In this document: piece after piece, positions 29,965 to 39,000 of the stretch
Layout: every line of letters starts with the position of its first letter
Position numbering within the stretch: position 1 is the stretch's first letter
Virus record (IMG/VR): IMGVR_UViG_3300004481_001142
Span: 2,574-66,573 of that record
DNA from: a virus
Taxonomy: Duplodnaviria; Caudoviricetes
Reading direction: 5' to 3' (one strand)
Length of the DNA stretch: 64,000 nucleotides
The notes under the pieces: model-generated
What the model was told of the DNA's origin: nothing
Seen by the model: only the letters and a program-made list of their open reading frames with translations
Database searches by the model: none
Position numbers and translations under genes: made by a program

Positions 29965-32730
29965 TTACAGCTTTGCTCTAATATTGAATGTCACCCTAAT
30001 GTATGATAATTCAAATACCGGCTTATAGAAAGCTTCTGCAATTAAATAGTTAGGATCGAAATCCGACGGCGTTGCAGAAACACCAGTATATTCAGCAATA
30101 ATCTCCGACTCTTTCAGCGCTGACAATGTAGCAGCAAGTGTAGCAGCGACATTACCAGCTGTCGTCGGCATGAATTTCTTACCGATATACTGATCAAGCG
30201 TCATTCTAGCTTGTTTCTGAACCTCATCGATAATCGTGACGATATTCGGTGCTTTGTTGAACGGGTTACTCATATCCGTTGTCAATGCATGACGTACTTT
30301 TATTATGCCTGCATCATCAAAGACAATAGTAACACCTTTTGCTGCAACTTCATCTTGCTCAACTTCGTCCATGTCCCTAATAAGCCGTTTGAAACCACTA
30401 ATTGACTTACGAGTCATAGGTTCAGCAACATCGTATGCCGTGCTGACGTTAAGTCCTGCAAGAGCAGCTGCTATGTAGCTACCATCAAGTATGTATTCAG
30501 ATTCAGCACCTTGCTCATCTGTCAATCCAATTACAGCTCCGTCAGGATAAACTGCGACGATACGAGAATAACCAATAGCTGCAGCTGCATTCGCTGCATC
30601 CGTAGGATCCGTACCTACAGCAAATCCGACAAAAGCTGTACGTTCTGACCTGCGACGTTCTGACGACATTGTAGCAACATGTGTTTTTAATACACTAATA
30701 ACAGTCATTGATGTCGTGCAAATATGAACGACGCTCGGCTTAATACCACTAATAGGCTTTTCAATTGTCTTTAGTGCTGCTATAAAACTAGCATCAGCTG
30801 CAGTATCTTTACCAGCTTCTTTCATCACCTGCATGCACATTACAGCAACTGCGCCGTTCGTCATCATTAAGAACGATGACAATGTAAGCTGGTTAGTAAT
30901 CGTAAGAGCACCATATTCATTTGTAATATCTTTAAATCTTGTAAATACTTTTGGCGAATAATCAGTCTTTTCATAATAATAAGTAATGTAAAACGTAGAT
31001 CCAACTGCAGGCTCATTACCCATTTTATTAAAAGTCTGAATATTTGTTGTATCATCAACTGCTGTATTAGCAGTGTCAGTCACAACAAGCTTTATACCTG
31101 GAACAGTATAAACTAATTTTGTCGTTCCAGTCTCAAACGGTCCAGCAGTACCTGTTCCGGGGCCGCCTGATCGTGTACCAGGAATGTCATCATTGTGACA
31201 CATAATAGTGATTGTTTCTGCAGCAACATATAAAGGATCAGGTGTAATAGTAAACTGAAGACCTGTCACTATGTCTGCATATGTTTGACCTGTTTTACCT
31301 GCATTTGTTAATCCACTTCCGGTTCCTGAAGGATTTGACGATGCAACAGTAAAAGCAGTCGCACTTGTGAATGTAATAGTAACAACTTCATCAACAGCTT
31401 TATTCTTACTTGCCTTTAAATGTGCACCAGATGAATCCATCATCGTCGGTGTCGGCGTTGTTGTATAACTTGTCATTTTAGCATTATACAAACTGCCTTG
31501 CACTTCTGTGGTAACCTTATATGTACCCGTTCCTGCAACACCAGCAGTCACAACGTGCAATGTATAAGATTCATCAATCAACTCATTGCGATAATAAGAA
31601 ACTTCAACTACAGCACCTACTGGAGGAACTGCTTTCAGATAAACTGTTCCAGTTATACCATCAACTCTTGTTACAATAACTTCAACAGTATTGACATAAG
31701 CTTTAACTTTATTGGGATCATAAGTTACCATGTCACGGCCATTACCGTCAACAATCGGCTTGTAAGTCACAACACAAGTATTTTCAACACCCGTAAACTG
31801 ACTTGAAACATCTTCCTTTATAATATGATCGTCAACTAACAACGATGATATTTGAACATCATCAAAATATACTGACCCTGAAGTATGTGTCACAACATTA
31901 ATTTTGTAACCTGCGCCCCACTGGATCTCATTACCGTCTAGAATAACAAAATCTACACCTTCAGTATAATTGTTAAGATCGGGAGAATCACCGCAAGAAA
32001 CAACTGTCGTGCAACCACTCTGCGGTAAAAGATCAAAAGTATCTGCATATTGGTTAAACCAATAAGATATTGTAACTGTATCAGTTCCTGCCGGCGTACT
32101 TACAAGTTCAACCGTTCCTTCAGTTCCATGAACTGCTGATACTGAAACAATTAAACTATTGACTTTTGCAACAACGTCTGTAATTGTCGTTGTCGGTGTG
32201 CCACTTCCGCGACCATCAACTATTGGCCGATTAGCAGTATAAAAAACTTTATTCAATCCGTCAGCTTGAGCAGAAACATCTTCACTATCAACATGAGTAT
32301 CTGTCAATTTAAAATAATAAGTAGCTGTGACAGTGTCAGTTGACTTTGGTGGTAACTGAAGTGTTATTTGACCAGTGAGACCGTTCACTCTTGTTACTGG
32401 CATTGGCTCATTGTTAACTTTCATGACAACATCAGATACTCTATTTGTTACAGTGCCGCTACCTTCACCTGTAACAATCGGAAAATATCTGACTTGGAAG
32501 ACAGTGTTAGTGCCGTTAGCTTGAGATGAAACGTCTTCATTTGAAGCCTTATTGTCAACAGAAGCTGACGAACCACGAATCATGTCTTGGTTGAGGAGTA
32601 ATTTCTCTTCTTGGCCCGTTCCAATGATTATCGGAATTCTAATTCCGCCGAGAAGACTTGCAACGTTTGGATCAAGCAACGTTCTGTCATAGACGCCTGG
32701 GGCTAAATAGCCTGATACGAATGCAGCCAT
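29965..32730 (-). CDS. Contractile tail sheath protein with inserted decorative domains
   Basis: GYLAPGVYDRT N-terminus; HVATMSSERRRSERTAFVG, AAALAG...EPMTRKSI, IIDEVQKQARMTLDQYIG...PVFELSYIRVTF sheath C-terminal motifs. Confidence 0.92.
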   Translation of the reverse strand: MAAFVSGYLAPGVYDRTLLDPNVASLLGGIRIPIIIGTGQEEKLLLNQDMIRGSSASVDNKASNEDVSSQANGTNTVFQVRYFPIVTGEGSGTVTNRVSDVVMKVNNEPMPVTRVNGLTGQITLQLPPKSTDTVTATYYFKLTDTHVDSEDVSAQADGLNKVFYTANRPIVDGRGSGTPTTTITDVVAKVNSLIVSVSAVHGTEGTVELVSTPAGTDTVTISYWFNQYADTFDLLPQSGCTTVVSCGDSPDLNNYTEGVDFVILDGNEIQWGAGYKINVVTHTSGSVYFDDVQISSLLVDDHIIKEDVSSQFTGVENTCVVTYKPIVDGNGRDMVTYDPNKVKAYVNTVEVIVTRVDGITGTVYLKAVPPVGAVVEVSYYRNELIDESYTLHVVTAGVAGTGTYKVTTEVQGSLYNAKMTSYTTTPTPTMMDSSGAHLKASKNKAVDEVVTITFTSATAFTVASSNPSGTGSGLTNAGKTGQTYADIVTGLQFTITPDPLYVAAETITIMCHNDDIPGTRSGGPGTGTAGPFETGTTKLVYTVPGIKLVVTDTANTAVDDTTNIQTFNKMGNEPAVGSTFYITYYYEKTDYSPKVFTRFKDITNEYGALTITNQLTLSSFLMMTNGAVAVMCMQVMKEAGKDTAADASFIAALKTIEKPISGIKPSVVHICTTSMTVISVLKTHVATMSSERRRSERTAFVGFAVGTDPTDAANAAAAIGYSRIVAVYPDGAVIGLTDEQGAESEYILDGSYIAAALAGLNVSTAYDVAEPMTRKSISGFKRLIRDMDEVEQDEVAAKGVTIVFDDAGIIKVRHALTTDMSNPFNKAPNIVTIIDEVQKQARMTLDQYIGKKFMPTTAGNVAATLAATLSALKESEIIAEYTGVSATPSDFDPNYLIAEAFYKPVFELSYIRVTFNIRAKL

Positions 32731-32807
32731 AGTTTAACGTCCTTTCATTTATAGTTTTAACTCTTAACAAATGTTTTCAAAATTAATTTAAATCGGATGT
32801 TAATCTA

Positions 32808-33077
32808 TTAGCCGTACTTAATTACTTTTTGACCGCATATACAATTCACGTCACTTGGAGGAATATCACTAATTTCCGTAAATATAAAGTCTCTATTACA
32901 CCCGCATCGGACATACATCACTGTATCCATGTCTGGTTGAGGGTCTATTTTATTAAGATAAGACACAAGCTCATCTCTATTATTAAAGTTCCTTGTTGTC
33001 TGATCTTGTCTTAATTGGACAATAGAAACTTTTTTTAATAATGTTGTTTGTCTAATAAATGACACTTTTGGTTTCAT
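32808..33077 (-). CDS. Small putative zinc-binding protein upstream of sheath
   Basis: CGC and CICG Cys pairs; tiles between fibre and sheath. Confidence 0.7.
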   Translation of the reverse strand: MKPKVSFIRQTTLLKKVSIVQLRQDQTTRNFNNRDELVSYLNKIDPQPDMDTVMYVRCGCNRDFIFTEISDIPPSDVNCICGQKVIKYG

Positions 33078-33085
33078 TTTAATTC

Positions 33086-36000
33086 CTAATTACGATAAAG
33101 AACTGCAGCTTCAGTTGACGGTGTCACATTAGTAAAGACAACATCATATGTAGCATTATTTGATGCTCCGACTGAAAAGTCACTCGCGACACCGCCATTT
33201 GTCATTGACGCGCTTGCGACAATTGCAATACCGTTAATACCTGAAAGATTTTTAACTGTCAATTTGATGCTCGTCCCGACAACTGCGTTAGGTATTAATG
33301 CTAGTAAACTAGCCGCCGTAGGAAGCGTATAATTCCTGACAACGGTCGGCGTCCCTATCACAATTCCACCTAACACCTGCGCCGCTGTCAATGTCGGAGC
33401 TGTATCAACTGCATCAAAGACAGATTTATATGGACCCACCTGAGTGCTGGCAGCTAAAAATCCTGCTATATTTACATTACCAATAGTACTACTGTCTGCA
33501 TATGATGTATATATTTTATTACCATAATCACAAGCTGCTCGTATTTTTCCATCACTTGATATAGCTATGCCTCGCCAACCTCCTGCAGTAGTAGTAGCAG
33601 ATATCACAGTCCAACTAGCACCATAATCTGTTGATATATATATATATCCGGCCGCGCCAGGAAATGTACCAGCTATCTGTGTTTTACCATCTGATGACAT
33701 TGCTACACTTGTCCATTCACGAGCAGAATCTCTTTGCGTCCACGTCACACCATAATCAGTAGATGTATAAATATAACCACTATTATTCACAGTGGCTGTT
33801 TGTATTTTACCATCAGATGACATTGCTACACTTGTCCATCTACGAGAAGAATCTCTTTGTATCCATGTGATACCATAATCCACTGACGTATATATATAAC
33901 CAACAAACGCACATGCAGTTTGTATCCTTCCATCACTAGACATCGCAATGCTTCTAAAATCTCCAGTAGGACTATTGCTATTTACCCATGTAACACCATA
34001 ATCAAACGACACATTAATGGGTGTAAAACCTGTATATCCGATAGTTTGTATTCTGCCGTCGCCTGACATTGCAATACCCCACAAAGATCCTCCAGAAATA
34101 ATTAGCGACCACGTCGTGCCATAATTCGACGACCTGTACATTGCACTTGTGAGTAGTTCTGTTGCCGATTGATATTTACCGTCGCTTGACATAGCTATAT
34201 TAACCCAATAAGCCTGAGTGCCAACTTGCGTCCATGTCACACCATAATCTGATGATATATAAATATAATCATTAGACACCCCGCCAGCAACAGCTGATTG
34301 ATATTTACCATTACTTGACATAGCAATATCCATCCAATTACGGTTACTATCTCGTGCAGTCCACACAGCGGTGTCAAAGTGACTTACATACCATTGATTT
34401 TCTGTAATGCCTACGTGACCAAAATGAGCACCGCCTTCAAGCTGTGACAATTGCATTTGGTCTGTAGAGAATAACGATTCATTATCCAGTATTGATCTCT
34501 TAGGAATACTCAAACTGCTGTTTATCTGGCTAATATTATATGATGTATAAATAGTGTCATTAAAACCAACAGCTGATAACATCTTTCCGTCACTTGACAT
34601 CGCAACATCATACCAACTATGAGCACCACCACCAATTGCCTTCCATGTATTGCCATAATCTACTGATGCATACAATTGAGCAGTAGTATCAGCAGTTGGC
34701 GGTATCACTCTGGTCGCAGCAATCTGCAACCGTCCGCTAGATGACATTGCAACAGCAATCCAGTTTCTATTACTGTCTTTACCTGTCCATGTAGCTCCGT
34801 AATCAGTTGATATATAAATTTTATCGCCACTATTTGCTGCTGCTGTTTGTATTCTACCATCTGATGACATTGCTACATCACACCATTGACGAGTAGAGTC
34901 TCTCCAAGTCCATGTCACTCCATAATCGCTTGATGTATAAATATAATCACCCAACGCTACAGCTGTCTGCATCTTACCATCAGATGACATTGCAATACTT
35001 GTCCAATATGTAGACGCAGCTGATCTAACAGTCCATGTCACACCGTAATCTGTTGATGTATAAATATCACCACCATAAAGACCAGCTGTCTGTATCTTAC
35101 CATCAGCAGACATCGCTATTGCGTTCCAGCTACGACTGCTGTCTCTACCGGTCCATGTCACACCATAATCAAAAGAAGTATAAATTTGGCTACTACCACG
35201 AGCAGCTGTTTGTATCTTACCATCAGCAGACATCGCTACTCCATACCAACTACCAGCACTGCCTCTTTGTGTCCAAGTAGCACCATAATCTGTTGATGTA
35301 AAAATATAGCCACTAACAGTAGCAACAGCTGTCTGTATCCGACCATCTGACGACATTGCTATACCTTGCCAATAATAAGCACTGTCACGACTTGTCCACA
35401 TTAAAGAACCAAATACACTCGTAGCTAGATCTAACTGATTTTCTGTTATACCGACACGACCAAAATAAGCGCCACCTTCAAGTTGCGACAATTGCATTTG
35501 ATCTACAGACAATAATGATTGTTTATACGTCGTCGCTAATTTCGTAATCGTCTCAGTGCCGCTCGCAATGTCAACGTCACCAGTGACGACATCAATCGCA
35601 TAGCCGGCACCTGACTTATTGACAACAATTGCACGACCCGTATTACTCTTTGTTATCGTCACTGCATCTGCTACATCTGCGTTTGCCACAGTAACGACAC
35701 CACTTGCAACATTAACATCACCATCAATCACATCAATCGCATAACCAGTACCTGACGACTTAGTAACTTGAATACCATGACCATCGTTAGTCTTATTAAC
35801 AACAATTCCCTGACCTGTATTACTCTTTGTTATTGTCACTGCGTCTGCTGACGCATCTGTGTTTGTGACAGTGACTACACCACTTCCGACATTGACATCG
35901 CCATCAATTACATCTATTGCATATCCTGTGCCTGATGACTTAGTAACTTGAATGCCGTCACCATCATTTGTTTTATTAACTGTAAATGCGTCACCAGTAC

Positions 36001-39000
36001 CACTCTTCGTTACAGTTACAGTGTCTGTAGCAGCCCTACTATCACTAATATTTACTGCACCATAAATATTAGCACTAGCATATGATATATATATACCGCC
36101 AAGAGGAGTGCCTGTCCAAGACACTGTTGCAATTATCTTGCCATCACTAGACATCGCAATACCATTATTATTTAGACTGGCACCGCACTGAGTCCATGTC
36201 ACACCATAATCTTCCGACACATATGTATATCCAGGGTAATCAACTGCAGCCTGAATTCTACCGTCACTTGACATTGCAACATTTACCCAGTTACGAGAAC
36301 TATCTCGCGCGGTCCATATCGTACCATAATCAGCAGATGTGTAAATATTAGCAGAGGCAGCAACCGCTGTCTGATGTTTACCATCACTTGACATTGCGAC
36401 CTTTATCCACGATTGACTTGAACCTCTTTGTGTCCATGTAACACCGTAATCTAATGAAACATAAATATAAGTTGATGTTACAATAGTCTGTATTTTTGCA
36501 TCGCTTGATATAGCTAAACCATAACGGTTTCCGGTACTATTAAATGAAGTCCATGTAACACCATAATCATAAGATATATACATATAGTCGGTTGTTGCAG
36601 TAACAGTAACTTGTATTCGTCCATCACTAGACACCCTCACGCATTGCCAGTCTCTAGCACTATCTCTCGCTATCCAAGTAGCACCATAATCTGTAGATGT
36701 CCAAATTTGACCGTTGCGCACAATAGCTGTTTGTATTTTACCATCGTTAGACATCGCGATGCCCAACCAATTTAAACTAGTGGCAACTTGTGTCCATGTT
36801 ATACCATAATTTGACGATATGTGTATAAAACCACCATAAACTATTGCTGTAAGATATTTACCATTACTTGAAACAGCAATGTCCTGATGATCACTTGTAT
36901 TTGCACGTAACCAAGTCAAACCAAAATCATCCAAAAACCACTGATTTTCTGTGATGCCTACATGGCCAAAATAAGCACCGCCTTCCAATTCTGATAATTG
37001 CATCTGGTCGACTGACAATAACGACCGTTTATTATTGTCAGTTAGGTCAGAAATTGCAACTTCACCATTAATACTACTTTTAGCATATGATACATAAATC
37101 TTACCAGCTGAACCCACAGTTGCTGTCAATACTCTACCATCAGACGACATTGCAATACCGGTCCATGCTGCACTCGGCCCCTTTGCCGTCCAAGTTACTC
37201 CATAGTCAATAGAAACATAAACGTTTCCTGAACTTGAAATGGCAGCCTGAATTCTGCCATTTGAAGATATAGTTGCATTAGCCCAAGCTCCAGTGTCTCT
37301 TCCTGTCCATGTTACGCCATAGTTGTATGATGTATAAAGTCTTGCAGGAGCAACTACAAGTTGAATCTTACCATCGCTTGACATTACGATACTACTAAGC
37401 GCTCCAGCAGCAGCACCTTGAGTCCACGTTGTACCATAATCATAAGAATTATAATAATGACCTGAAGTACTCATAATAGCTGTTTGAATTTTTCCATCAC
37501 TAGACATTGCTATATCTATCCATGCTCTGCTTGACTCTTTTGATGCCCAAGTCATACCATAATCACTTGAGACATAAATAGTATCACTATCAGCAACAGT
37601 TGTTTGAATTCTACCATCAGACGACATTGCAACTGCTCGCCAACTTGCACTTGAGCCTTTTGTAGTCCATGTCAATCCATAATCATAAGAAACATAAATT
37701 GTACCACTATTAACAACAGCTGTTTGTATTTTGCCGTCATTTGACATTGCGACATCGCGCCAGTCTCTATTACTATCTCTAGCTGTCCATGTCGCACCAT
37801 AATCTGACGACGTATATATTTTTTCTGATCCTACAACTGCTGTTTGATACTTACCGTTGCTTGACATTGCTACACTTTGCCAGTTAAGACTAGTAGCTCT
37901 TGCTGTCCATATATTACCAATATTATCTACATACCATTGATTTTCTGTAAGACCTACACGACCAAAATAAGCATCACCTTCTAATTGTGACAATTGCATC
38001 TGGTCGACTGATAACAATGATCGTTTTTTATCATCACTAAATTCCGAAATTACCACACTACCATTAATGTCACTATCCGCATAAGATACATATAAGTATC
38101 CAGAAGAGACACCCGCAATTAGAACTTTACCATCGCTAGACATAGCCAAGGCACTCCAAGCTTGCAACGTTGCCCGTTGTTGCCATGTCGTACCATAATC
38201 TTGTGACACATAGATATAACCAGTAGGACCTGCGACAAAAGCGACTTGAATCTGCCCATTAGAAGATATTGCAACATCACTCCATGACAAACTACTACCT
38301 TTTGCAGTCCATGTCATACCATAATCAAATGACACATAAATTTGACCGCCTAAAACACACGCAGTTTGTATTCTTCCATCACTTGACATTGCCACACATG
38401 ACCATAATCTGCTACTATCTCTTGCTGTCCATGTTAAACCGTAGTCATCAGATGTATAAATGTAACTAACCGCGATGTTAGAAATAGTTGCTGTCTGTAT
38501 TCTTCCATCAGACGATATTGCTATACCTGTCCAGTTCTGAGCCGCACTAGTCGTCTGTGTCCATGTTACACCGTAATCAGACGACGTGTATATATAACCG
38601 ATACCCACAATTGCAGCTTGAATTTTTCCGTCACTTGACATTGATAAGCCGCACCAACTGTTAACGCTAGCCCTTTGAATCCAGCTTGCACCATAATTAC
38701 TTGATGTGTATATGTATCCACCGCTTACAGCTGCAGTTTGAATTTTTCCATCACTTGACATTGTAATGTTTATCCAGTCGCGAGAACTGTCTCGTACAGT
38801 CCATGTTATACCATAATCAGAAGATGTATAAATATAACCTGCACCAGCTACAACAGCTGTTTGATATCTACCATCACTTGACGCGGCAGCATCAGCCCAA
38901 TTTTTTGAGCTCGCACGTTGTATCCACGAACTACCCACGTTGTTTACATATAATTGATTTTCTGCAACCTTCACTTTGCCAAAATAAGCACCACCCTCTA

